Positions 42,131 to 50,354 of a stretch of DNA of 52,810 nucleotides are shown here, in pieces; positions within the stretch are counted from its first letter, which is position 1, and each line of letters begins with the position of its first letter. Location of the stretch: assembly GCA_035622975.1 (NCBI GenBank), contig DASPUH010000040.1, forward strand, positions 1 to 52,810. The letters run 5' to 3'. A model generated the notes under the pieces. It was not told the origin of the DNA. It ran no database searches and saw only the letters and a program-made list of their open reading frames with translations. The stretch is from Candidatus Sulfotelmatobacter sp. Its GTDB lineage: Bacteria; Chloroflexota; Limnocylindria; Limnocylindrales; CSP1-4. Position numbers and translations under genes: made by a program.

Positions 42131-42967
42131 GTGTCCCAGGAACCAGCCGATCCGACCGCGTCCTCGGCACCGCCGGACGGCACGCTGCCGACCATACCCT
42201 CCGCGGGCGCCGACGTCCAGCCCGAACCCGTCGCCGACGAGGCGACGGGTGGCGACGCGACGACCGAGGCGCAGGCTGCCACGCCTGTCGGGCCGCCCGC
42301 CCAGCCGGCCAGGACGTCCGGCGCGACGAGCGCGGCCATCCTCGCCGCCGTGACGGCCGCGGACGCCGAGACGGACGAGGCAGCGACGGCGACCGAACCC
42401 CCGGCATCCGCCGAGACGGCGGCGGCGACCGAACCGCTGGCATCCGCCGAGCCGGCCCCCGCGGCCGCGACAGGCCCGGCGGCCGCGACAGGCCCGGCGG
42501 CCGAGACAGGCTCGGCGGCCGAGCCGCCGGCAGCCGCCGAGGTCGAATCCGCCGACGCCGGGCCCTCCCGGCGCGGACCGTGGCGCCCCATCGCCGGCAT
42601 CCTGGCGCTGGTGCTGCTGGCCGCCGCGCTCGGTTTCGGGGGCGCGTTCCTCGTGCCCGCACTGGTCGACGTGCCTGTGCCCAACGGCGCCGTGGCGACC
42701 ACACCCGCCGTCTCGCCCACCCCGGCTCCGACCGCGACGGTCACCGCCACACCCAGCCCCAGCCGGTCGCCCCAGCCCACCGGCTCGCCTCCCGCCTCGC
42801 CCACGCCGCAGTCATCGAGCACGATCTACATCGTCCAGCGGGGCGACATCCTGTCCGCCATCGCCAACCGCTTCGGCGTCACCGTCCAGGCCATCGTGGC
42901 GGCCAACGGACTCACGGACCCCAACCACATCGAACCGGGCCAGCGGCTGATCATCCCGCCGCCCTGA
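42131..42967 (+). CDS. membrane-anchored LysM-domain protein with Ala/Pro/Glu/Thr-rich repeat region
   Basis: C-terminal LysM (IYIVQRGDILSAIANRFGVTVQAIVAANGLTDPNHIEPGQRLIIP) and a central TM (IAGILALVLLAAALGFGGAFLV). Start GTG 42131 is preferred over track GTG 42008 because third-position G+C is lower in the first 41 codons. Both are preceded by GATGGGAAGG. Confidence 0.8.
   Translation: MSQEPADPTASSAPPDGTLPTIPSAGADVQPEPVADEATGGDATTEAQAATPVGPPAQPARTSGATSAAILAAVTAADAETDEAATATEPPASAETAAATEPLASAEPAPAAATGPAAATGPAAETGSAAEPPAAAEVESADAGPSRRGPWRPIAGILALVLLAAALGFGGAFLVPALVDVPVPNGAVATTPAVSPTPAPTATVTATPSPSRSPQPTGSPPASPTPQSSSTIYIVQRGDILSAIANRFGVTVQAIVAANGLTDPNHIEPGQRLIIPPP
42389..42514 (+). repeat. in-frame tandem DNA repeats inside the LysM gene
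   Basis: A 36-nt unit x2 (42389-42460; ATEPPASAETAA / ATEPLASAEPAP). Then an 18-nt unit x3 (42461-42514; the first two copies are identical GCGGCCGCGACAGGCCCG and the third has 2 mismatches; AAATGP/AAATGP/AAETGS). Confidence 0.85.
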
Positions 42968-42969
42968 AC

Positions 42970-43926
42970 TCAGGGCCCGAGGCTGGGGCTCGGCAGTTCG
43001 ATCGGCGGGTTCCCGCCGCCACCGCCCGGGACACCGGCGGACGGCGACGGAGCCGGGGATGCGCTGGCGCCGGGCGAGGCACCCGGCAGCGCGGCGTCGT
43101 AGTCGGTGATGACGAGCACGTACTCCAGGGCATCGAGGTCGGCCGCTGGAGCCACGACCGCGGACTGGACCACCGCGTTGGGATCCGTGTGCAGGTCCAC
43201 GATCCGGCCGATGAGGAGGCCCTTGGGGAAGGGTGACCGGAAGCCGTTGCCCAGGTCGATCCCGGCGGTCACGACGAGGTCCTCCGGCACCACCGTCGCC
43301 GTCGCGGAGATGTCCTCCATGGCAAGGGTCGAGCCGAGCTGGCCCACGACCTCCCCGGTCGCCCGCGTCGACTGGGTCATACCGGTGACCGTGAGGCGCG
43401 TATCGCTCACCAGCAGCACGCGGCTGTAGTCCGGACCGATGTCGTAGATCTGCCCCACGAGCGCGCCCCCCTGCCCCAGGACGCTGTCGCCGACGGCCAG
43501 GCCGGCCTGCGTGCCGCGGTCGATGGTGATGACCCGCTCGGTGGCGTCGATGCCGCGCCCGACCACGGTGGCAGCGACGGTCTGGTGCTGCAGGGTCGAC
43601 TGGACCTTGAGCAGCGCCGCGAGCTGGTCGTCCTGGGTGCGCACGGTCTGCAGCTGTGCGTTGGCCTCGGTCAACGCCTGGTTGGCGGCCCGCAGCTGGT
43701 CGTTCTCCTGGCGGAGGCGGTCCAGGTCGGCGATCGCGCCCAGGACCGACGTGATCCCCCGCGTGACGCCGGTCAGGGCGGCCTGCACGGGCGTGGCGGC
43801 GTAGCCAAGGCCCTGGCGCAGGTCCTGCAGGGGAGCGGTGTCACTCAGCGCGAGGAGGAGCAGCGAGACGGCCACCAGCACGGAGAAGGTGGCGGCCCGG
43901 CGGCGCGCGAGGCGGGTGGCGAACAC
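42970..43926 (-). CDS. mreC: rod shape-determining protein MreC
   Basis: 318 aa. N-terminal TM, coiled-coil (RLRQENDQLRAANQALTEANAQLQ), beta-barrel region (VIDKG...-like: ITIDRGTQAGLAVGDSVL...GALVGQIYDIG). Lies 9 nt downstream of mreB. Confidence 0.85.
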   Translation of the reverse strand: MFATRLARRRAATFSVLVAVSLLLLALSDTAPLQDLRQGLGYAATPVQAALTGVTRGITSVLGAIADLDRLRQENDQLRAANQALTEANAQLQTVRTQDDQLAALLKVQSTLQHQTVAATVVGRGIDATERVITIDRGTQAGLAVGDSVLGQGGALVGQIYDIGPDYSRVLLVSDTRLTVTGMTQSTRATGEVVGQLGSTLAMEDISATATVVPEDLVVTAGIDLGNGFRSPFPKGLLIGRIVDLHTDPNAVVQSAVVAPAADLDALEYVLVITDYDAALPGASPGASASPAPSPSAGVPGGGGGNPPIELPSPSLGP

Positions 43927-43935
43927 GGAGAGCCC

Positions 43936-44988
43936 CTAGCGCGGCGGCCGGGCGTAGGTCTCGGCCACCAGGGTGCGGGACATGGAGTCGAGCTCCTCGA
44001 GCACCTTGCCCGTGCCGCGGGCGACGCACGTGAGCGGGTCATCGGCCACGTGCACGGGCATCTGGGTCGCCTCCGCCACGCGGCGATCGAGCCCCTGGAG
44101 GAGTGCCCCGCCGCCGGCCAGGACCACGCCCTGGTCCATGATGTCGGCCACCAATTCGGGCGGCGTCTCCTCGATGGTGTCCTTGATCGTGTCCACGATC
44201 TGCTGGACGGAGCCCTCGATCGCATCGCGCACCTGGTCGGCGCCGATGTCGACGGCGCGCGGCAGGCCGGTGAGCAGGTCGCGCCCGCGGAGGGTCACGT
44301 GCTGCTCGTCATGGTCGCCCGGGTAGGCCGAGCCGACCGCGATCTTGATGTCTTCCGCCGTGCGTTCGCCGAGCAGGAGGTTGTACTCGCGGCGGGCGTA
44401 GGCCACGATGTCCTGGTCCATCTCGTCGCCGCCGACGCGGATACTGCGGCTGACGACGATGCCGCCGAGCGAGATGACCGCCACCTCGGTGGTGCCGCCG
44501 CCGATGTCGACGATGAGGGAGCCCGAGGCCTCGCCGACCGGCAGGCCGGCGCCGATGGCAGCCGCCATGGGCTCCTCGATGAGCCGGGCCCAGCGGGCCC
44601 CGGCGTTGAGGGCAGCGTCACGGACGGCCCGCTTCTCCACCTCCGTGACGCCGGACGGGATGCCCAGCAGCATGCGCGGGCGGGGGATGAGGCCGACCCG
44701 GTCGTGGACGCGGTGCACGAAGTACTTGATCATCTGCTCGGTCACGTCGAAGTCGCTGATGACCCCGTCGCGCAAGGGACGGACGGCGATGATGTTGGCC
44801 GGCGTGCGCCCAACCATCCGCTTGGCCTCGGCCCCGATGGCCAGCACGCGCTTGGTCTTGGCATCGATGGCCACGACGCTCGGCTCGCTGATCACGATGC
44901 CGCGATCGCGCACATGGACGAGCGTGTTGGCCGTGCCCAGGTCGATGCCGATATCGCGCGAGAAGAGGCCGAGGAAGGCGTCGAGCAT
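43936..44988 (-). CDS. mreB: rod shape-determining actin homolog MreB
   Basis: DIGIDLGTANTLVHV, IAVRPLRDGVISDFDVTEQMIKYFV, LIVDIGGGTTEVAVISLGG, GVVLAGGGALLQGLD. I prefer ATG 44988 (MLDAFLGLFSRDIGIDLG) over the track TTG 45009. Confidence 0.95.
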   Translation of the reverse strand: MLDAFLGLFSRDIGIDLGTANTLVHVRDRGIVISEPSVVAIDAKTKRVLAIGAEAKRMVGRTPANIIAVRPLRDGVISDFDVTEQMIKYFVHRVHDRVGLIPRPRMLLGIPSGVTEVEKRAVRDAALNAGARWARLIEEPMAAAIGAGLPVGEASGSLIVDIGGGTTEVAVISLGGIVVSRSIRVGGDEMDQDIVAYARREYNLLLGERTAEDIKIAVGSAYPGDHDEQHVTLRGRDLLTGLPRAVDIGADQVRDAIEGSVQQIVDTIKDTIEETPPELVADIMDQGVVLAGGGALLQGLDRRVAEATQMPVHVADDPLTCVARGTGKVLEELDSMSRTLVAETYARPPR

Positions 44989-45129
44989 CTGGTGGGGCGG
45001 ATCCTGCAAGCGGGGTGGATGATCGGCCGTCGTGCCGGGCGGGAGGCGGCACCGCGGCTTCGCGGGTCGTGACGAAACCCCGTCGACGCGCGGGGGCGCA
45101 GGCGCCGGCTCGGCCGGACGGGCGTCCGC

Positions 45130-45135
45130 AGTATA
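45130..45135 (-). promoter_or_regulatory. candidate -10 element upstream of mreB
   Basis: The minus strand reads GGCAGG-TATACT-GCGG just after the radC stop. No convincing -35. It would give a leader of about 130 nt. Confidence 0.25.
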
Positions 45136-45144
45136 CCTGCCGCC

Positions 45145-45882
45145 TCAGCGTTGGCCCCCTCGATCGAACGGGATGCCCCGGTCGCGGAGGCTGACGAATG
45201 CTTCGTGGCCGATGATCAGGTGGTCGAGCACCGGCACGTCCAGCAGGCGCCCGGCCGCCACGGCCTCGGCCGTCAGGTGCAGATCGTCAGGGCTCGGCGT
45301 CGGGTCGCCCGAGGGATGGTTGTGGACGAGGATGAGGCCCGCCGCATGCTGGCGGATGGCGTCGCGGAACAGCTCCCCGACGCGGACGAGGGCGGTGGAG
45401 ACGTTGCCGCGGTAGACCGTCTCGATGGCCAGGACGGCGTTGCGCGTGTTGAGCGCGACGACCCGCAGTTCCTCGCGCTCGAGGCGCCCCATCTGGAGGA
45501 TCAGACGATCGGCCAGGTCGCCTGGGGCCCGGACCGTCAGGCGGCCGGTCGGCCAGTCCGCCAGCAGCCGCCGGCCGAGCTCGAACGCCGCGGCAAGCTG
45601 GGCCGCGCGTGCGTCGCCGATGCCTGGGATGGCCTCCAGCTCCGGGGGGCTGGCGGCGGCCAGCTGGCTCAGGCTGCCGGCTCTGGCAAGGGCCTCCGTG
45701 GCCACCTGGATCGCCGATCGACCGGGCGAGCCGCTGCCCCACACGAGGCCGATCAGCTCCGCCGCCGAGAGGCCCGCCGCACCGCGCCGGACCAGGCGCT
45801 CCCGCGGGCGCTCCTCCGGTGGCAGGTCGCGCAGGCGATGCGGTGGCGGCGCCACGATCATCCTCCCGGCGGCGACCGACAC
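45145..45882 (-). CDS. radC: RadC-family JAB/MPN domain protein
   Basis: 245 aa. HhH region (ELEAIPGIGDARAAQLAAAFELGRR) and JAMM-like motif LILVHNHPSGDPTPSPDD. Sits in the classic position upstream of mreB. Confidence 0.85.
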   Translation of the reverse strand: MSVAAGRMIVAPPPHRLRDLPPEERPRERLVRRGAAGLSAAELIGLVWGSGSPGRSAIQVATEALARAGSLSQLAAASPPELEAIPGIGDARAAQLAAAFELGRRLLADWPTGRLTVRAPGDLADRLILQMGRLEREELRVVALNTRNAVLAIETVYRGNVSTALVRVGELFRDAIRQHAAGLILVHNHPSGDPTPSPDDLHLTAEAVAAGRLLDVPVLDHLIIGHEAFVSLRDRGIPFDRGGQR

Positions 45883-46074
45883 CAGCTGGCGGGGCGCACC
45901 CGCGCCATCCGGTCTTCACCGGAGCTCTCGGGCCCGGACGACGAGCCCGCCGATTCCCCGCCCTCCGGACCCGAAAGCGCAGCGATCGTAGGCGGCACCG
46001 CTCGCCGGCGACTCACGCGCCGCTTAGCCGTGGCTTTGCCGCATCAGCCTGTCGCCGCTGCCCCACCCGGCTGC

Positions 46075-47121
46075 CTACGGGCCGCGGGCCGCCCAGGCGG
46101 CGAGGAAGAGCAGCCCGCCGTTGTAGGCCATGTGCGCGCCGAGCGACGCGGCGAGGCCCCGCCGTTCGTACATGAAGGCCAGCAGCAGCCCGGCCGGCAC
46201 GATGACCAGGAACTGGACCAGCAGCTGCGAGCCGATGCTCGTGAGCGGGTCCTGGGGGCTGACGGCCACGTTGAGGACGTGCACGGCGGCGAACAGGATG
46301 GCCGAGCGCCGGACCGCCGGGGCGACGCCGAGGTCGAGACGCCACGCGCTGTAGACGAAGCCGCGGAAGAAGATCTCCTCGCCGAACGGTGCGATCAACA
46401 CCGCACCCAGGGCGATGACCAGCGCGTCGACGTCACCCGTCAGCCGCGGCAGGTTCGATTCAGGGACCGTCCCCAGGATCATCGACAGCGCTGCCGATCC
46501 GATGAGCACCGGCAGGACGAGCGAGATCCCGGCGGCGGCCCCGACCAGCCAGTCCCCCAGCCGGCCCGTCACGGCTCCAGGTCGGAGGCGGGCGATGCCG
46601 GCCCACGTCAGCGCACCGCTGCGGACCACGAAGAGGTGCACGGTCGCGAGGTACACCCCGGCCGGGATGAGGACGGCCAGCAGGAAGGTGAGCGTCGGGC
46701 GCTGGTCCACGACGCCGGTCAGGCCCACGCCGAGCTCGATCAGCGTGGCGAGGCCCAGCACGAACCCCAGCAGCAGCAGGGGTGCCGGGCCGCGGTAGGC
46801 CGTGGCGGGCCGCATCGACCGCGCGACCAGCTGGTAGCCAGCGGCGGCGGCGAAGGCCAGCACGAGGGCCACGAGCCCCGCGGCAGCGAAGACGACGGCC
46901 GCCGCGCCCGACGCGTCGAAAAGGGCCAGGACGAGCAGCAACGCCCCGACCAGGCCCAGGAACCACCCGCTGACGTAGAGCCCGGGGGCCGCCCGGCCCT
47001 CGATGGAGAACGTCCGCGCGCCCGGCGGCCCGGTCGCCGGTGCCGGTTCAGAAGCGCCCGGCGCGGGTTCAGGGGCGCCCGGCGACGCCGGTCCCTCCGA
47101 CGCAGGCGGACCCAAGGTCAC
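46075..47121 (-). CDS. CPBP-family intramembrane glutamic endopeptidase (CAAX protease/Abi family)
   Basis: 348 aa, polytopic. Motifs APFGEEIFFRGFVY (EExxxR) and ILFAAVHVLN (FxxxH). GTG start 47121 overlaps the upstream stop (GTGA). Confidence 0.8.
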   Translation of the reverse strand: MTLGPPASEGPASPGAPEPAPGASEPAPATGPPGARTFSIEGRAAPGLYVSGWFLGLVGALLLVLALFDASGAAAVVFAAAGLVALVLAFAAAAGYQLVARSMRPATAYRGPAPLLLLGFVLGLATLIELGVGLTGVVDQRPTLTFLLAVLIPAGVYLATVHLFVVRSGALTWAGIARLRPGAVTGRLGDWLVGAAAGISLVLPVLIGSAALSMILGTVPESNLPRLTGDVDALVIALGAVLIAPFGEEIFFRGFVYSAWRLDLGVAPAVRRSAILFAAVHVLNVAVSPQDPLTSIGSQLLVQFLVIVPAGLLLAFMYERRGLAASLGAHMAYNGGLLFLAAWAARGP

Positions 47122-48098
47122 TGCGAGCGCGCACCCGGGTTGGGTGGGATCGGTCCGTCGGCCGCGGCCGGCTTGAGACGGGCCGCTCGGACGCGCACCG
47201 GGCGGGGCGCCGGTACGGGCTTGGCTGCTGCCGGCGAGGGCGGCGGAGGCGGCGGTGGCGCGGCCTGGGCGACGGGGGGGTCAGCCGGCGGGATGTCAGC
47301 CGGCGTCGTCGCGGCGGGCGTCGTCTCGGCCGGCGTCGTGTCGGCCGGCACCGCCGCAGCGGCGAGGGCCGCCGTGGTCGCCGCCATCGAGGGCGCGAGG
47401 GCCGGGCTGCTCTCATGCTGGACGACCGCCGCGGGGAGCGTGGCCGACGCGGTCGCGACCATGGCGGGAGCAGGCGGCTGCGTGACGGCCGCCGGTGCCG
47501 TCGCACGAGGCGCGGCGGCGCTGGCCGCCGCGATCAACTGGGCGGCGCTCACGCTGCCGGCCGGGACCGTGCCGGGGCGGACCTGACGGCCGGCCCGCAC
47601 CCGCTCGGGCAGCTGCTCGGGCCGCTCGAAGTCCTTGCCGCACCACGGACAGAGGCTCCAGTCCAGCTCCACGAGGTTGCTGCAGTTGGGGCAGAACCGG
47701 CGCAGCCGGTTGCGGCAGCTCGGGCAGATGATCCAGTCGGTGTGCACCGCCCGCCCGCAGTTGGCGCAATGCGCCTGGCGCTCGACTTCGACCAGCATCG
47801 CCTCCTCGGCGAGCGCCCGCTCCTGCGCCTCGGCCACCGTCTCCTGCGGCCGCAGGATGCGATAGAGCACGAAGGCGAAGACGAAGAGGATCGGCGTGAA
47901 GAGGATGATCAGTGCCGCCGCCAGGTAGGGCGCGATGGGATTGGTCGTGCGATGGCTCATGTCGCGGTAGGCGTAGTAGGCCGTCGCGAGCCAGATGAAG
48001 ACGATATAAAAGCCGATCGCGCGCAGGATCAGCTGGATGGTCGGATCGTCGAAGAAGGTCCCGAAGGCACCGCTGATCGCATCGAGGATCTGGTTCAT
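47118..48098 (-). CDS. membrane protein with double zinc-ribbon and Pro/Ala/Thr-rich tail
   Basis: 326 aa with two or three N-terminal TM helices. Then CANCGRAVHTDWIICPSCRNRLRRFCPNCSNLVELDWSLCPWCG (four CxxC pairs), followed by a low-complexity tail. Confidence 0.7.
   Translation of the reverse strand: MNQILDAISGAFGTFFDDPTIQLILRAIGFYIVFIWLATAYYAYRDMSHRTTNPIAPYLAAALIILFTPILFVFAFVLYRILRPQETVAEAQERALAEEAMLVEVERQAHCANCGRAVHTDWIICPSCRNRLRRFCPNCSNLVELDWSLCPWCGKDFERPEQLPERVRAGRQVRPGTVPAGSVSAAQLIAAASAAAPRATAPAAVTQPPAPAMVATASATLPAAVVQHESSPALAPSMAATTAALAAAAVPADTTPAETTPAATTPADIPPADPPVAQAAPPPPPPPSPAAAKPVPAPRPVRVRAARLKPAAADGPIPPNPGARSQ
47287..47346 (-). repeat. 15-nt in-frame tandem repeat (about 4 units) inside the double zinc-ribbon gene
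   Basis: Plus-strand units are GGCGTCGTCGCGGCG / GGCGTCGTCTCGGCC / GGCGTCGTGTCGGCC, preceded by a degenerate copy. They encode the pentapeptide repeats DTTPA-ETTPA-ATTPA-DIPPA. Confidence 0.8.
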
Positions 48099-48207
48099 CG
48101 GGGCGGGGCGAGAGCCTCCCAGGTAGCGGCCAACGGACGAGCAGCCGCACGTCGCGGCACCGACCGCCCTCCAACCGGGGCCGAGTGTAGCAGAGGGCCC
48201 CTCGTGC

Positions 48208-48903
48208 TCAGGTAGGACGCGGCGGCTCGACGAGCCGTGACGCGACGGCCACGCCGCCGACGATGCACAGGACCGCGCCCACGATCAGCGTCCAGATCCC
48301 GATGCCCAGGGACTGGCTGCCCACCCACTCCCAGAACAGGCCGACCTCAAAGGCGCCGAGCAGCAACGGGATGAGGCCCAGGCGCACGAGCGGCGGGAGG
48401 CGGAAGGGCAGGATCGCCAACAGGGCGATGGCGATGACGAGGAAGAACGCCAGCACGTGGCTCGGCTTGTAGAGGCCCCACGACTCGAGGTAGCTCAGGC
48501 CGTTCGCCGAGGCCCACGGCAGCACGAAGGCGACCGCCGAGACCCATGTGCCGATCACGACGAGCCAGCCCACCGGCACCGGCGGCGCCTGGAAGGGGAG
48601 ATCGCTGAAGAGCCCGGCGGCCCCCGCGGCGGGGCCACGAGATGCGGCGCCCGGGTCGGCAGCGCCGCTGGCCGCAGCCCGGAAGCGATCCGAATACCAC
48701 TGGTTGGGGCCGGGCGGTCGCAGGTCGGGCCGCCCTTCCGGGCTTACCTTCGGCCACGCGGTGCCGCCGTCGGCCGGCGCGGCGCCCGTGCCCGCTCCGC
48801 CGACGAGCGCGCCGCACTCCGGGCATGCGGCGCGCCCTGCCTGGAGCGGTGCGCCACATGTCACGCAGGAGCCGGCGAGGGGCACGGCAGGGGATGGGTC
48901 CAT
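48208..48903 (-). CDS. zinc-ribbon protein with four C-terminal TM helices
   Basis: Start at ATG 48903 (TGATG overlap with the upstream stop). MDPSPAVPLAGSCVTCGAPLQAGRAACPECGALV, then a linker and hydrophobic helices. The 342-aa Arg-rich N-extension in the track is spurious. Confidence 0.6.
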   Translation of the reverse strand: MDPSPAVPLAGSCVTCGAPLQAGRAACPECGALVGGAGTGAAPADGGTAWPKVSPEGRPDLRPPGPNQWYSDRFRAAASGAADPGAASRGPAAGAAGLFSDLPFQAPPVPVGWLVVIGTWVSAVAFVLPWASANGLSYLESWGLYKPSHVLAFFLVIAIALLAILPFRLPPLVRLGLIPLLLGAFEVGLFWEWVGSQSLGIGIWTLIVGAVLCIVGGVAVASRLVEPPRPT

Positions 48904-49868
48904 CACGTGAGACCCCGACCAGCGAGCGCAGCCCGCGTCAGGAGCGCGGACCGCAGGGCGGCGGTCGCCCCCAGCAGCACGAGCGCGGTTGCCAGCAAGC
49001 CCACCAGGACGACCGTTGCCGCGGCGGCCGTGGCCCACACGGCCGCCGCCTGGGGCAGCGACGCCCCTGCCGGAGGCGGCGACAGGTAGGCCATCTGCGC
49101 GAGGGCCCATCCGGCGTCGATCAGCGCGGCCGCGAGCACGGTCGCCAGGAGGCCCAGGACCCAGGTGGCGACACTCGCGGAGAGGGTCCGGCCCGGTCGC
49201 CGTACCAGGGCAACCGCGATGGTCAGGGCTCGCCTCATGCCGCTCGGCGGCGCCGCGGGCGGCAGGAGGCCCATGCGGCGGGCCAGCAGTTCGCGGCCGA
49301 CGACGGAGTAGATGTGGGTCGATAGCAGGGCGGTCGCCCCGACCACGGCCGGCCAGGGCCAGCTGCCCTCGATGACGCGCCACCAGAGCGGCACGGTCTG
49401 GTCGCTCGGCAGGAGGATCTCCTGTCGCACGACCCCCGCCATCGCCGTGACGGTCGGTACCAGGGCGACCAGGAGGGGCACGGCCGCCACGAGCTGGAGG
49501 GCCAGGAGCTCGGCCACGAGCCGGACGGTGGGGCGCGTGGCCAGGGAGGGAGTGGCGACGCCGGCTGCGCTCAGGCCGCCCGCGAACGCGGCGATATCGG
49601 CCAGGGCCGCCAGGACGAGCCCCCCGGCCACGGCGAGGGCGGCCAGTCCGCCGGCCAGCACGAGCAGCGCCGCCACACGGGCCGACAGGCCGTTCGCGTC
49701 CACGAGGTCCGGCCCGATCAGTACGCTGAGGCTGACCGGGCTGGGCACGGCCAGCATGGGCAACAGCACCACCACGACGCCGCCGCGCGCGAGGAACCCG
49801 ACCAGCCCGACGCTCCACAGGGCGGGCGTCCGCCCCACGGCCCCGGCTGTCGGGATGGGCAGGGCCAT
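48903..49868 (-). CDS. polytopic membrane protein, unknown function
   Basis: Start at ATG 49868 (ATGA overlap with the upstream stop). 321 aa with about 7-8 hydrophobic spans (e.g. LWSVGLVGFLARGGVVVVLLPML, VAALLVLAGGLAALAVAGGLVLAAL). I recognise no family. Confidence 0.55.
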   Translation of the reverse strand: MALPIPTAGAVGRTPALWSVGLVGFLARGGVVVVLLPMLAVPSPVSLSVLIGPDLVDANGLSARVAALLVLAGGLAALAVAGGLVLAALADIAAFAGGLSAAGVATPSLATRPTVRLVAELLALQLVAAVPLLVALVPTVTAMAGVVRQEILLPSDQTVPLWWRVIEGSWPWPAVVGATALLSTHIYSVVGRELLARRMGLLPPAAPPSGMRRALTIAVALVRRPGRTLSASVATWVLGLLATVLAAALIDAGWALAQMAYLSPPPAGASLPQAAAVWATAAAATVVLVGLLATALVLLGATAALRSALLTRAALAGRGLT

Positions 49869-50332
49869 CAGGCGGCCCGGTCGGCGGCCATGACCGCCCG
49901 CCCGAAGGCCTCCTGGACGGCCGTCGCAAGCTCCCCGGTCGGCATCGTCGCGGCGCGGACGGGATCCCACTTGATGGCCACCTGGACGAGGCAGGGGCGC
50001 TCCCACTCGCGTGCCTCGTCGGGGGCCGGGTACAGCTTCAGCCGCACCAGCTGGCGGCCGCCCTCCTCGGCGATGAGACCCGCCAGCGCGCCCGCGAAGG
50101 CTGGGCCGATGACCGCCTGGGGCGGCGTCGGCGGGGGTCCGGCGAGGGGGGCAAGGTCGATCATGTCGACCAGCCCATCCGCATCGCTGGCCCAGACGTG
50201 ACCCAGCCACCAGCCGTCATCGGTCGTGGTCGGTGGCGCCATGCCGACCTCCACGGCGCGCCCGGGCCGGCCCGCGCCGCTGTGCACGCGCACCGTTGCC
50301 GGGAGCAGGAAGGATGGTCCGGGGACCCGCAT
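49868..50332 (-). CDS. small soluble hypothetical protein
   Basis: Start tentatively at ATG 50332, 22 nt after the upstream stop. The globular-looking core is DDGWWLGHVWASDADGLVDMIDL...RQLVRLKLYPAPDEAREWERPCLVQVAIKWDP. I recognise no family. Confidence 0.45.
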   Translation of the reverse strand: MRVPGPSFLLPATVRVHSGAGRPGRAVEVGMAPPTTTDDGWWLGHVWASDADGLVDMIDLAPLAGPPPTPPQAVIGPAFAGALAGLIAEEGGRQLVRLKLYPAPDEAREWERPCLVQVAIKWDPVRAATMPTGELATAVQEAFGRAVMAADRAA

Positions 50333-50354
50333 GCGAGCCGCCACGGGAGGCAGT

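Noticed and set aside
45151-47586. 811-aa plus-strand ORF spanning radC, the CPBP gene and part of the zinc-ribbon gene
   Set aside because: It crosses three well-supported minus-strand genes and an intergenic gap. It has extreme Arg/Gly/Pro composition and no motif.
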